Assembly: GCA_963697065.1 (NCBI GenBank) | Contig: CAVOMQ010000001.1 | Location: 252,538 to 316,537 of the forward strand | Origin: an uncultured Gemmatimonadales bacterium | GTDB taxonomy: Bacteria > Gemmatimonadota > Gemmatimonadetes > Gemmatimonadales > GWC2-71-9 | DNA length: 64,000 nt | Direction: 5' to 3' | In this document: piece by piece, positions 18,598 to 27,504 of the stretch | How the letters are laid out: every line of letters begins with the position of its first letter | Numbering within the stretch: position 1 is the stretch's first letter | Translations under genes and position numbers: made by a program | Notes under the pieces: model-generated | Seen by the model: only the letters and a program-made list of their open reading frames with translations | Told to the model about the DNA's origin: nothing | Databases searched by the model: none

Positions 18598-19602
18598 CTA
18601 CGGCGGCAGTCCCCCGCGCGAACCGGCTCGAGCGCCGATTCCCGCCGGAATCTCACTTCCGACGAACCGCGGCGGCGTCAGCACATCGACATGTTGTGCC
18701 CGGAACAGCGCGGTGGCGCTGTCGGAAAGCAGGAACCGGACGAAGCGGATCGCGGCATCGCGGTGCGGCGCGCCGATGGGAACGGTCAACCCGAACAGGA
18801 TCGGCGCGCCGTGGACGGTGAGTGTGTCGCCCGGCGTCTTGCCGAGCACACGAACGACGGCCGTGGCGTAGATGGCGCTGTCGTCGGGATCGCCGAGGTC
18901 GACCGCATCGGGGAGCTTGACGAATCGCAGCCCGTCGTTTTCGGCGAGATTCTGATACGTCCAGATGTAATCAAGTTCGCCGGCCTGCAGCAGCGCGACC
19001 TGGTCGGCTTCGCGCGGCCGGACGTTCGCGGCGGGGGAGGCGTCGAGGAGGCGCCGCGCCAGGCCCGGCGCGTGGTAGTATGTCTCCGCCAGCTGCATCG
19101 CGAGCAGCGCGCGATACCCGGACGGGTCGGTGTTCGGATCGGCTCTTCCCACCTGCACGCCGGACGTGGCGACGATTCGCCACCAGTTGTCGCCGGTGAT
19201 CGCGCTCGCCTGACGAGAACGTGGGGTATACGCGATGACCATCCGGTTCCGGGCGAAGACGGCGTACCAACTGGCGTCCGCCGGCATGAGCAGCCGCGGA
19301 ATGACGTCGGGGTCGGCGAGCAGGATCACGTCCGCCGGGCGGTGCAGATCGGCGATCCACCGCGCGATCTCGAGCGTGGCGCCGGGTTGCTGTTGGTAAT
19401 CGACGCCGGTTCGCGCCTTGAACGTGTCGAGCAGCGTCCTCACCGGCCGACTGATCGATGCGGCGTTGAACACCACCAGCGCGCCGCTGTCGGCGGGCAC
19501 CCGGCTGCTGTTCAAGTCGCTCCCGCGGGCGGGATGCCGCCGGCAGCCGGCGGCCAGGAGGGTGACACCAAGCACCAATGCGATCGAGCGCCCGGTCAGC
19601 AC
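18598..19602 (-). CDS. Tungstate/molybdate-type ABC transporter substrate-binding protein (WtpA/ModA-like)
   Basis: GTG 19602 (7-nt GTGCTGA overlap) inside track ORF 18598..19896. Signal/lipobox LALVLGVTLLAAGC and a type-II periplasmic binding fold (ALVVFNAASISRPV...DPNTDPSGYRA). Confidence 0.8.
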   Translation of the reverse strand: MLTGRSIALVLGVTLLAAGCRRHPARGSDLNSSRVPADSGALVVFNAASISRPVRTLLDTFKARTGVDYQQQPGATLEIARWIADLHRPADVILLADPDVIPRLLMPADASWYAVFARNRMVIAYTPRSRQASAITGDNWWRIVATSGVQVGRADPNTDPSGYRALLAMQLAETYYHAPGLARRLLDASPAANVRPREADQVALLQAGELDYIWTYQNLAENDGLRFVKLPDAVDLGDPDDSAIYATAVVRVLGKTPGDTLTVHGAPILFGLTVPIGAPHRDAAIRFVRFLLSDSATALFRAQHVDVLTPPRFVGSEIPAGIGARAGSRGGLPP

Positions 19603-20624
19603 AGATGAACACTCGTGGCCTTGAAGGTGGCGTAGACCGGGTCGCCGATGGCGATCGGCAGTTCCCGGACCGATTGCTCGGTGACGGTGGCGATCAGCAC
19701 GGTGCCGTCCACGTCGACATGCACGCTCGCCAGCCCGCCGAACGGCAGGATCGCGGTGACCATGCCGCGGAACCGGTTGCGGGCGGAGCTTGCGCCCGGG
19801 GCGTCGCGCGACAGCACGATCTCCTCGCCGCGCAGCACCACGTGCACCGGTCCCGGTTCCTGCGGTTCGGCGGCGTGGAACAGCAGCGCGCCGCACCGCA
19901 CCACTGCGCCGTCCGGCGTGGCCTCGACGCGGCCGGCGAACACGTTTTCAGCGCCGAGGAATTCGGCCGCGAACGGTGTCGCGGGACGCCGGAAGATCGC
20001 CGCCGGCTCGCCGCTCTGGACCAGGTGACCGCCGTCGAGCAACACCGCCAGCTGGCCCAGGAACCCCGCTTCGGCAAAATCGTGGGTGACGTGCACGGTG
20101 GTCAGCTGCCACTCGTGGTGCAGCCGGCGTACCGTCTGGCGTGCGCGCGCACGGCGGCGCGGATCGAGCGCGCTGAACGGCTCGTCGAGTAGCAGAATGC
20201 CCGGCCGCCGGGCGAGCGCGCGCGCCAGCGCCACCAGTTGGCGTTCACCGCCGCTCAACGTGGCAACCTGCCGATCGAGCAACCCGCCGAGTTCCAGTCG
20301 TTCGATCGCTTCGGCGGCGGCGGGCGATCGGCCGGCCCCATAGCCGATGTTGCCGGCGACGGAGAGGTGAGGAAACAGGCAACTGCTCTGATACACCAGT
20401 CCGATGTCGCGCCGTTCCACCGGCAGCAACGCCGCGTCACGGCCGGCAAGGCGCAGGCGCCCGGCGGACGGGCGGATCAGACCGGCGATCACTTCCAGCA
20501 GCGTGGTCTTGCCGGCGCCGGCGGGGCCGATCACCACCGCGTACGTGCCGGCATCGATGGTCAGCGTGATATCGCGCAACTCGAAGGAGCCGGAACGCGC
20601 GGAGAGACCTTCGGCGGTGATCAT
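19596..20624 (-). CDS. ABC transporter ATP-binding protein with C-terminal TOBE domain (ModC/WtpC-like)
   Basis: 342-aa ORF. Walker A GPAGAGKTT, signature LSGGERQ, Walker B ILLLDEPFSALD, and a C-terminal OB/TOBE region (NRFRGMVTAILPFGGLASVHVDV...). Confidence 0.9.
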   Translation of the reverse strand: MITAEGLSARSGSFELRDITLTIDAGTYAVVIGPAGAGKTTLLEVIAGLIRPSAGRLRLAGRDAALLPVERRDIGLVYQSSCLFPHLSVAGNIGYGAGRSPAAAEAIERLELGGLLDRQVATLSGGERQLVALARALARRPGILLLDEPFSALDPRRRARARQTVRRLHHEWQLTTVHVTHDFAEAGFLGQLAVLLDGGHLVQSGEPAAIFRRPATPFAAEFLGAENVFAGRVEATPDGAVVRCGALLFHAAEPQEPGPVHVVLRGEEIVLSRDAPGASSARNRFRGMVTAILPFGGLASVHVDVDGTVLIATVTEQSVRELPIAIGDPVYATFKATSVHLC

Positions 20625-21436
20625 GACCGTTCCGGCGCCGACTCGGCGCGCAACGCCCGGAGTGCGGTGAGCGGCAGCAGCGCCAGCAGCGCCAGCGCCG
20701 CGGCCACCGGGAGCGCGTCGTTCAGACCGAAGTTGGTGAACCGGTCGTAGCTCAGCACGCTGACGACCTTGGGATTGTACGTCAGGACGACGATGGCGCC
20801 GAACTCACTCACCGCGCGGGCCCACATGACCACGGCGGATGCCAGCAGGCCGCGACCGGCAAGCGGCAGCGTGACCCGCCGGAAGGCGCGCCACGGCGAA
20901 TCGCCGAGGGTGCGAGCCACCCCTTCCAGCCGCCGGTCGACGCCGGCGAGTGCCTCACGAGCCCCACTGATGTAGAGCGGAGCCGCCACGAAGAGCATGG
21001 CGGCGACAATGCCCCACGGGGTGCCGACGATACGGAGCCCGAGCGCCAGCAACGCGTTCCCCACGGGGCGGCCGCGTCCGAGAAAGAGGAGCAGCGCGAT
21101 ACCAGCCACGGGATGCGGAATCACCAGCGGAAGATCGAGCACCGCCGCGACCAGTGGCCGCGCCGGCACGTGCCGGCGGGCGAGCGCCCAGGCGATTGGT
21201 GTTCCGGCAATCATGCCGAGGAGGACGGCGGCGGTTGCGGTCGTCACCGTGAGCGCAATTGCGCCGCGGAGTTCGGCGTCGCTCCCCAGGCGGAGCACAC
21301 CGGCGACGCCGCCCGCGCCGACCAGCCCCGCCACCGGCCCGATCAGGAAGAGCAACAGCAGCGACCCGGCGAGCGCGGCGACGACGCCGCGCGCATCCGG
21401 CAGCCGGAATGCCCGCCGCGCCGGTGCAGCGCTCAT
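20621..21436 (-). CDS. ABC transporter permease (ModB/WtpB-like)
   Basis: ATG 21436 inside track ORF 20621..21802, 271 aa. Six hydrophobic helices and the EAA-type loop (ISGAREALAGVDRRLEGVARTLG). ATGA overlaps at both ends. Confidence 0.88.
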   Translation of the reverse strand: MSAAPARRAFRLPDARGVVAALAGSLLLLFLIGPVAGLVGAGGVAGVLRLGSDAELRGAIALTVTTATAAVLLGMIAGTPIAWALARRHVPARPLVAAVLDLPLVIPHPVAGIALLLFLGRGRPVGNALLALGLRIVGTPWGIVAAMLFVAAPLYISGAREALAGVDRRLEGVARTLGDSPWRAFRRVTLPLAGRGLLASAVVMWARAVSEFGAIVVLTYNPKVVSVLSYDRFTNFGLNDALPVAAALALLALLPLTALRALRAESAPERS

Positions 21437-22569
21437 GGCCGAGGCGTGATACCGTACTGGCGGAGAATGGCGCGCACCGAATCGATCGGCAGCGCCGCGA
21501 CGGTGCGGCCACGTGCCGTCACCGAGGTGGCGCGGAAGAGCGAGTTGTAGATCGCCTCTTCCGTTGCCTCGATCGCGGCCTCGAATACCGGCGACACCGC
21601 GTCGTCGTCGAGATTGCGGAGCTGCCGTTCGGCGGGCGGGTGGCGGCGCACGTCGAGCGACGTGGAAAACGCCAGCGCGTAGTCGCCCGATCCGTTGGAG
21701 CCGTCGGCTCCGGTGCGCGCCAGGCCCATGATGCCGCGCGCGGCGACCCGCTCGAGCTGCCGATCGGACAGCGGCGCGTCGGTGGCGATCACGATGACGC
21801 ACGACCCGTCGCCGCGTTCGCGGAGCAGCTGGTTGCGGTACGAATATCGCCCCAGCGCCTTGCCCACCGGTGCGCCCTCGATCTGCAGCACACCGCCGAA
21901 GTTGGTCTGAACCAGCACACCTACCGTGTAGCCGCCGAGCGAGGCCGGCAGGCGCCGGGAGGACGTGCCGATCCCGCCCTTCCAGCCGAACGCGATGGTC
22001 CCGGTGCCGGCTCCGACGGTCCCTTCGTCGACCGGACCGGATCTGGCCGATGTGATCGCCGACACCACCTCATCGGGGGTGATCGGCCGGTCGCGGATCG
22101 CGTTCAGCGTGCCGTCGTTCGTTTCGGCGACGACCGGATTGATCGAGCGGATGTTTGCCATCCCCGGCTGGGCCAGCAGATAGGCGACCATCGCATCGGC
22201 GGCTTTCCAGACGCAGAGGGTGCAGGTGAGCAGGATCGGGGTTTCGAGTTCGCCGAGTTCGCGGAGCTGGGTGGCACCGATCAGTTTGCCAAACCCGTTG
22301 CCGACATACAGCCCGGCGGGAACGCGATCCGCGAAGAGATTGCCGCCGTGCGGCAGAATGGCGGTGATACCGGTACGGACGGAGTCACCGGCGACGACCG
22401 TGGTCTGGCCCACCAGCACGCCGGCCACGTCGGTGATGGCGTCGAGCGGACCGGGCGCGAAGATCCCCGGCGCCACGCCGAGATCGCGCGCCCGCGGCCG
22501 GCTCTGCGCGGCGAGCGGCAGCGACCAGGCCGCCACCACCGCCAGCGCAAGCCGTGCCGGGACGTTCAC
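21433..22569 (-). CDS. Peptidase family S58 (DmpA / L-aminopeptidase-D-esterase-like), secreted
   Basis: GTG 22569 inside track ORF 21433..22875. Signal peptide ARLALAVVAAWSLPLAAQ. The family-typical GITDVAGVLVG-type N-terminus and the GAGTGT...GGIGTSS self-processing region are present. Confidence 0.88.
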   Translation of the reverse strand: MNVPARLALAVVAAWSLPLAAQSRPRARDLGVAPGIFAPGPLDAITDVAGVLVGQTTVVAGDSVRTGITAILPHGGNLFADRVPAGLYVGNGFGKLIGATQLRELGELETPILLTCTLCVWKAADAMVAYLLAQPGMANIRSINPVVAETNDGTLNAIRDRPITPDEVVSAITSARSGPVDEGTVGAGTGTIAFGWKGGIGTSSRRLPASLGGYTVGVLVQTNFGGVLQIEGAPVGKALGRYSYRNQLLRERGDGSCVIVIATDAPLSDRQLERVAARGIMGLARTGADGSNGSGDYALAFSTSLDVRRHPPAERQLRNLDDDAVSPVFEAAIEATEEAIYNSLFRATSVTARGRTVAALPIDSVRAILRQYGITPRP

Positions 22570-22904
22570 CGCACCGCACCGGGTCCCGCGCCGACCAGCA
22601 TGCCCGCGCCGACCAGCACGAACGTCGTCAGCTGGATCAACGGTTCGCCGACGGGTATCCCCGCGGCCGCCGCCGCGAGCGCAAACCCGCAGAGTGCGCC
22701 GATCGATCCGCCGCGGCGCCGCTCGGGATCGAGCCACCCCATCCGGATCAGCACCTGGACCGCCAACATGATCGCCAGCGTGCCACCGACCACCGCGCCG
22801 AGGAAGGCGCCCTGGCGTCCGAACGGACTGCCGAGAATCCGGCCGATGACGGCGCCAAGGCCGGCGATGAACCACGAGACGACGAGAACGCGAAGATGGC
22901 GCAT
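22566..22904 (-). CDS. Small integral membrane protein, unknown function
   Basis: ATG 22904 inside track ORF 22566..23009, 112 aa. Three to four Gly/Ala-rich hydrophobic helices. GTGA overlap with the dmpA-like gene. Confidence 0.6.
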   Translation of the reverse strand: MRHLRVLVVSWFIAGLGAVIGRILGSPFGRQGAFLGAVVGGTLAIMLAVQVLIRMGWLDPERRRGGSIGALCGFALAAAAAGIPVGEPLIQLTTFVLVGAGMLVGAGPGAVR

Positions 22905-22920
22905 GGCGGTTGCGTCAAGC

Positions 22921-23091
22921 CTATCGGATCGCCGGCCCGGACACCATGGCGCGCGGAACGTCGGCGCCAGCGTGCGAGCCGGACACCAGTGTCGCGGCCG
23001 GGGTGACATGCAGCAGGGTCAACGCGCCGCGACCGATACCCGGCCTGCAGGTCGAGTCGGGAATCACGCCAGCCACGACACCGTGGAACAT
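22921..23091 (-). CDS. Candidate small protein (56 aa), unknown function
   Basis: ATG 23091 is preceded by AGGAGA with 6-7 nt spacing. GC3 is about 80%, like the real genes. The product is MFHGVVAGVIPDSTCRPGIGRGALTLLHVTPAATLVSGSHAGADVPRAMVSGPAIR. It has no recognisable family, so this is speculative. Confidence 0.35.
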   Translation of the reverse strand: MFHGVVAGVIPDSTCRPGIGRGALTLLHVTPAATLVSGSHAGADVPRAMVSGPAIR

Positions 23092-23208
23092 CGAGGATCT
23101 CCTGTCGGGACGAGCGACGACGATTGTGCGATCCCGATAGGATATCAATACATCACGCCGGCCGCCACCGACGGCGTGGCCGGGTGCCGGACCGGGTAGG
23201 CCGGTGGC

Positions 23209-23610
23209 TCAGAACCGGCGAACGGTGATGCTCTCTCCGGCGGCGCCAAGGCAGAACAGTGGCACCCCGAGCAGGCCGCCGACCCACATCCACGTGGGAT
23301 GGGGAGCGGTGACCAGATTGGCGACGGTGACTGCGGTGAACAGGCCGGTGTAGACCAGCAACGGGCCGCGCTCGCGGCTGGTCCGCGACGCCACCGATCC
23401 ACCGGCCCACGCCGCCACCAGCCACCCACCGAGCACGAGGGCGAAGTTGATCGCGGTCGGGAGATCACCTTCCTCGATCGCACGGCGCAGATCGACGCCG
23501 GCCGGCTGCGGGCTGAGCGTGTCGGCCAGGTGGCGCAGCAGCGTGACGATCGTCACCGCCACCAGCAGGCCGGCGAGGATCGAGAAGAGACGGCGAAACG
23601 CCGGAGACAT
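23209..23610 (-). CDS. Integral membrane protein (4 TM), unknown function
   Basis: 133-aa ORF with four hydrophobic helices, 16 nt downstream of the cytochrome gene on the same strand. Confidence 0.6.
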   Translation of the reverse strand: MSPAFRRLFSILAGLLVAVTIVTLLRHLADTLSPQPAGVDLRRAIEEGDLPTAINFALVLGGWLVAAWAGGSVASRTSRERGPLLVYTGLFTAVTVANLVTAPHPTWMWVGGLLGVPLFCLGAAGESITVRRF

Positions 23611-23626
23611 GAGTCGGGCCGACCGC

Positions 23627-24106
23627 TCAGGCCCCCGCCGTGTCGATCGACAGGGTGGGCTTGAGTTGGCCGCGGTGACACGTCACACAGTCGATCCGGA
23701 CTCCGGTGTCGCTCATCTTCGGAATCGCCCTGAGGAAGCGGATGTTGATGGTGTCCATCATGGTGACCATCTTCCGGGTGACTTCTTTCTGCACCGAATC
23801 CTCCCTGCTGTACCGGCCCGGCACGTGACAATAGGTGCAATTGACGCCGAGGGCCGCACCGTACCTGTCCATCAGCGCGAGGAACTTCCGCGCCGGCATC
23901 GAACCGTCGATGACCTCCACGTCGTACACGGAATCGACCGGGAGCGTGTCGCGGTCGCCGAGCCGGTCGAGGAGTGCCTGCACCAGCCGGTGGCGCGCTT
24001 CGGCAGTAGTATCGGCCGGAACGGGTCGGGAGAAACGGGCAGCCTGGCCCGGCGAGGTTATCGCGAGAGCGATCGCGGTAGCGACACCGAGGATGGCAAG
24101 ACGCAT
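23627..24106 (-). CDS. Diheme c-type cytochrome (reaction-centre cytochrome c subunit-like family)
   Basis: ATG 24106 inside track ORF 23627..24184. It has a signal peptide and two CxxCH heme motifs (CTYCH, CVTCH). The context MVxMxxxIN...CxxCH is typical of the CytoC_RC family. Confidence 0.75.
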   Translation of the reverse strand: MRLAILGVATAIALAITSPGQAARFSRPVPADTTAEARHRLVQALLDRLGDRDTLPVDSVYDVEVIDGSMPARKFLALMDRYGAALGVNCTYCHVPGRYSREDSVQKEVTRKMVTMMDTINIRFLRAIPKMSDTGVRIDCVTCHRGQLKPTLSIDTAGA

Positions 24107-24207
24107 GACGCGGAACCTTCCTGGAGATCGACATGCCCGCTCCACCGGCGTGCCGGCGGCCGCGGCGTGGCAGCCCGCTCGCATGGCGGGAACTTCCGAA
24201 TGATGCC

Positions 24208-26142
24208 ATGATTCGCGCAGGCAACCAAGGGAGACAGATGCAGCGCGACGCCCGACACGGCCTGCGCCAGGCGCTGCTCGGGCCGGCGGTCCCGCTGGTC
24301 TGCATCGCCGCGGGCGCCGGACTGTGGCTGTTCACCACCGACCGCAGCTGGGCGCTGTGGATCTGGCGCGCGGGGCTGGTGGCGTCGGGAACGCCGGTGC
24401 TGTGGCGTACCGCCCGCGGCATGCTGGCCGGGCGGTTCGCCGCCGACATCGTCGCCGCCCTCGCCATCCTCGGCGCGGTCGTCGTGGATCAGCCGTTGGC
24501 CGGACTGGTCGTCGTGCTGATGCTGCTGGGCGGTGAGGCGCTGGAGCGCTACGCCGAAGGCCGCGCCTCCCGTGCCCTCCACACCCTCGAGCAGGCAGCG
24601 CCGCGCGTCGCCCACCTCGTGACCGGTACCCACGACGGCCCGATCACCGGCGACGTGCGCGACGTTTCCGCCGGGGATGTCAATGTCGGCGACCTCCTGC
24701 TGATCCGGCCCGGCGAACTGATCCCGTGCGACGGGGTCGTCACCGAAGGGGAATCGGCGGTCGACACGTCAGCGATCAACGGCGAGCCGGTGCCGCTGCA
24801 CGCCCGGGCCGGATCGCCCGTGGCCAGCGGCTGGTTGAACGGCGACGGCGCCGTGGTGGTGCGCGCCAGCGCGCGGGCCAGCGAGAGCCAGTATGCCCGG
24901 ATCGTCGAATTGGTGCGGAACGCACAGTCGAGCAAGGCGCATCTGCAGCGGCTCGCGGACCGGTACGCCGTCTGGTTCACGCCCGCGACGCTCGTGGTCT
25001 GCGGTGCAGCGTACTGGTGGTCGGGCGATCCGGTGCGCGCCCTGGCGGTGCTCGTGGTGGCGACGCCGTGCCCGCTCATCCTGGCCACGCCGATCGCCAT
25101 CATCGGCGGCGTCGACCGCGCCGCGCGCCGGCAGATCATCGTGCGCAACGGCGAAGCGCTCGAGCAGCTGGCCCGCGTGGACGTGGCGGTGTTCGACAAG
25201 ACCGGCACGCTCACCATCGGGCAGCCGGCGGTGGCGCGCGTCGTCGTTTCCGATCACATCGGCGCCGACGACGCGTTGCGACTTGCCGCGGCCGTCGAAC
25301 AGCGCTCCAGCCACCTGCTGGCCCGCACCACCGTCGACGCGGCGCGCGATGCGGGCATTGGCATTCCCACCGTGACCGAGGTTGTCGAACGGCCCGGGCG
25401 GGGCGTCGAAGGGCGCGCCGACGGGCATCAGGTGCTGGTCGGCGCCGCCTCACTGGCCGCGGAGCGATACCCCGCCGAGCGTGCCGCAATCGACGCACTG
25501 CAACACCGGACAGTGGGACTCCGCGCGCAGGTGATGATCGACGGCCGGGCGGCGGCGGTGATCGAGTACGCCGACCGGCTGCGCCACGGCACCGCCGACG
25601 TGCTGGCGAGACTGACCCGGCTCGGCGTGCGGCGCACGGTGCTGCTGTCGGGCGATCGCGGCGACGAGGCGCGCGCCGTCGCCGCGGTCGCCGGAATCGC
25701 CGAAGCGATCGGCGATCTCCTGCCCGAAGGCAAGGTGGAGTTCGTGGCGGCGCTGGTGCGGGGCGGACACACTGTCATGATGGTCGGCGACGGCACCAAC
25801 GATGCACCAGCGCTGGCGCGTGCCTCCGTAGGCGTGGCGCTCGCCGGGCACGGCGGCGGGGTCACCGCCGAAGCGGCCGACGTGGTGGTGCTCAACGACG
25901 ACCTGGGGCGCGTGGTCGATGCGATCACGATCGGACGGCGAACGATGCGGGTGGCCCGCCAGGGGATCTGGATCGGCCTGGCGTTGAGCGGCATCGCCAT
26001 GGCATGGGCCGCCGCTGGCGCCATCCCGCCGGTGCAGGGCGCCCTGCTGCAGGAACTGATCGATGTGGGCGTCATTCTCAACGCGCTGCGCGCGGCGCGG
26101 ACGCCACGTGCCGCGTCCGGCACGGATCCGTCGCCGGCGTGA
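24208..26142 (+). CDS. Heavy-metal P1B-type ATPase, TPCP-motif subgroup (P1B-5-like), no N-terminal HMA domain
   Basis: Track ORF 24133..26142; ATG 24208 or 24238 is the likely start. Motifs: DKTGTLT phosphorylation site, GDGTNDAPAL hinge, and the TM motif VVATPCPLILATP (TPCP in place of CPC). Confidence 0.9.
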   Translation: MIRAGNQGRQMQRDARHGLRQALLGPAVPLVCIAAGAGLWLFTTDRSWALWIWRAGLVASGTPVLWRTARGMLAGRFAADIVAALAILGAVVVDQPLAGLVVVLMLLGGEALERYAEGRASRALHTLEQAAPRVAHLVTGTHDGPITGDVRDVSAGDVNVGDLLLIRPGELIPCDGVVTEGESAVDTSAINGEPVPLHARAGSPVASGWLNGDGAVVVRASARASESQYARIVELVRNAQSSKAHLQRLADRYAVWFTPATLVVCGAAYWWSGDPVRALAVLVVATPCPLILATPIAIIGGVDRAARRQIIVRNGEALEQLARVDVAVFDKTGTLTIGQPAVARVVVSDHIGADDALRLAAAVEQRSSHLLARTTVDAARDAGIGIPTVTEVVERPGRGVEGRADGHQVLVGAASLAAERYPAERAAIDALQHRTVGLRAQVMIDGRAAAVIEYADRLRHGTADVLARLTRLGVRRTVLLSGDRGDEARAVAAVAGIAEAIGDLLPEGKVEFVAALVRGGHTVMMVGDGTNDAPALARASVGVALAGHGGGVTAEAADVVVLNDDLGRVVDAITIGRRTMRVARQGIWIGLALSGIAMAWAAAGAIPPVQGALLQELIDVGVILNALRAARTPRAASGTDPSPA

Positions 26143-26206
26143 AGGGCTAGCTGATCGCTGCGGCGCTGCTCGCCGTCGACTGGCGCGCGGTGCTCGACCG
26201 CCGCCA

Positions 26207-26902
26207 TCAGCGCGGGATGTGAGAGATCCGGCTCCAGCGGGTGGCGGTGAAGAACGGGAACGGCCGGTAGCTGCCGGCATTCCACGAGTAGTAGATGATG
26301 ATCGGCGTGCCGCGCACATTCCTGCGGGGCGCAAACCCCCAGAACCGGGAATCACGCGAGCTGTCGCGGTTGTCGCCCATCATCCACAACGAATCGGGTG
26401 GCACCACGATCGGTCCCCATTCGTGCACGTCGGGGAGGTAATGCGCCGGATCAGGACCGATGTAATGCGGCAGCTGGAAGGCGCGCATCTGCAGGCGCGT
26501 GGTGGAGTCGGCCGACCATTCGGGGTCGAGCGATTGCGCGTATGGCTCCTCGAGCTCCTTGCCGTTGCGGTAGAGCACGCCCTGCCGCATCTGCAGCGTG
26601 TCGCCGGGCACGCCGATGAGGCGCTTGACCAGCATCGAGTCTTCGATCGGTGAGAGGAACACGACGATGTCGCCGCGACGCGGCTGGCGTACCGCCGGCA
26701 GGTGCGCCGTGACAAAGGGAATCTTGGCGCCGTAGAGGAACTTGTTGACGAACAGCACGTCGCCCACCAACAGCGTCTTTTCCATGCTCGGCGACGGAAT
26801 GAAGTACGCCTGCACCACGAACGTGCTGAGCACCAGCCAGATGCCCAGCGCCCATGCGCCTGCCCGGATCCATTCCCAGATCTTTGTCTTCGCCGTGACC
26901 AC
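26207..26902 (-). CDS. lepB: Signal peptidase I
   Basis: Track ORF 26207..27037 trimmed to GTG 26902, which avoids overlap with msrA. Catalytic boxes SPSM, KRLIGVPGD and GDNRDSSRDSR are present. Confidence 0.88.
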   Translation of the reverse strand: MVTAKTKIWEWIRAGAWALGIWLVLSTFVVQAYFIPSPSMEKTLLVGDVLFVNKFLYGAKIPFVTAHLPAVRQPRRGDIVVFLSPIEDSMLVKRLIGVPGDTLQMRQGVLYRNGKELEEPYAQSLDPEWSADSTTRLQMRAFQLPHYIGPDPAHYLPDVHEWGPIVVPPDSLWMMGDNRDSSRDSRFWGFAPRRNVRGTPIIIYYSWNAGSYRPFPFFTATRWSRISHIPR

Positions 26903-26958
26903 GGCACCTCCACGGTGGATGACATCGGCCGCCGGACGCCCACGGCTGCCGCGGAATG

Positions 26959-27504
26959 CTACACCGGTTCCGGGGCGAGCAACTCCGACCATTTCTGCCG
27001 CAGTTTCGCCACTTTCGGCGCGATCAGCGCCGCGCAATATGCCCGCTGCGGATTCCGTTCGAAATAGCGCTGATGATATTCCTCGGCCGGCCAGAACGTG
27101 TCGAGGGGACGGACCGCGGTCACGACCGGCGCGCCGAACGTCTCCTCGCGGTCGAACGCCTCGATGGCCTCGCGCGCCTGCCGTGCCTGGTCGTCGTCCG
27201 CGGTGAAGATGACGGACCGGTACTGGATGCCGACGTCAGGACCTTGCTGATTCAGGGTCGTGGGATCGTGAAAGGCGAAGAACACTTCCAACAGCTGACG
27301 GTACGAGACGATCGCCGGATCAAACGTCACCTGCACCACCTCGGCGTGCCCGGTGGCACCGCTGCAAACGCGCTCGTAGGACGGGTTCGGCACCCGCCCG
27401 CCGGCGTAACCGGAGACGACCTGCCGGACGCCGCGAAGGCGGCGGAACACCGCTTCGAGACACCAGAAGCAACCACCGCCGAACACTGCCTGCTGTTCCG
27501 TCAT
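26959..27504 (-). CDS. msrA: Peptide-methionine (S)-S-oxide reductase
   Basis: ATG 27504 inside track ORF 26959..27720, 181 aa. Active site GGGCFWC, then GYAGG and EEYHQRYF. Confidence 0.93.
   Translation of the reverse strand: MTEQQAVFGGGCFWCLEAVFRRLRGVRQVVSGYAGGRVPNPSYERVCSGATGHAEVVQVTFDPAIVSYRQLLEVFFAFHDPTTLNQQGPDVGIQYRSVIFTADDDQARQAREAIEAFDREETFGAPVVTAVRPLDTFWPAEEYHQRYFERNPQRAYCAALIAPKVAKLRQKWSELLAPEPV

Noticed and set aside
22905-23208. Molybdenum-cofactor (Moco) riboswitch upstream of the molybdate/tungstate-type transporter operon
   Set aside because: I read the minus-strand leader for the conserved Moco-motif elements as I remember them and found no convincing match. A covariance-model scan would be decisive.
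24112-24197. Repeated GCGGAAC(C)TTCC motif (24112-24121 and 24189-24197) in the cytochrome / P-type ATPase divergent spacer as a regulator site
   Set aside because: On the minus strand the first copy is simply the AGGAAGG ribosome-binding site of the cytochrome gene. Two short GC-rich 9-10-mers are weak evidence, so I treat this as coincidence.
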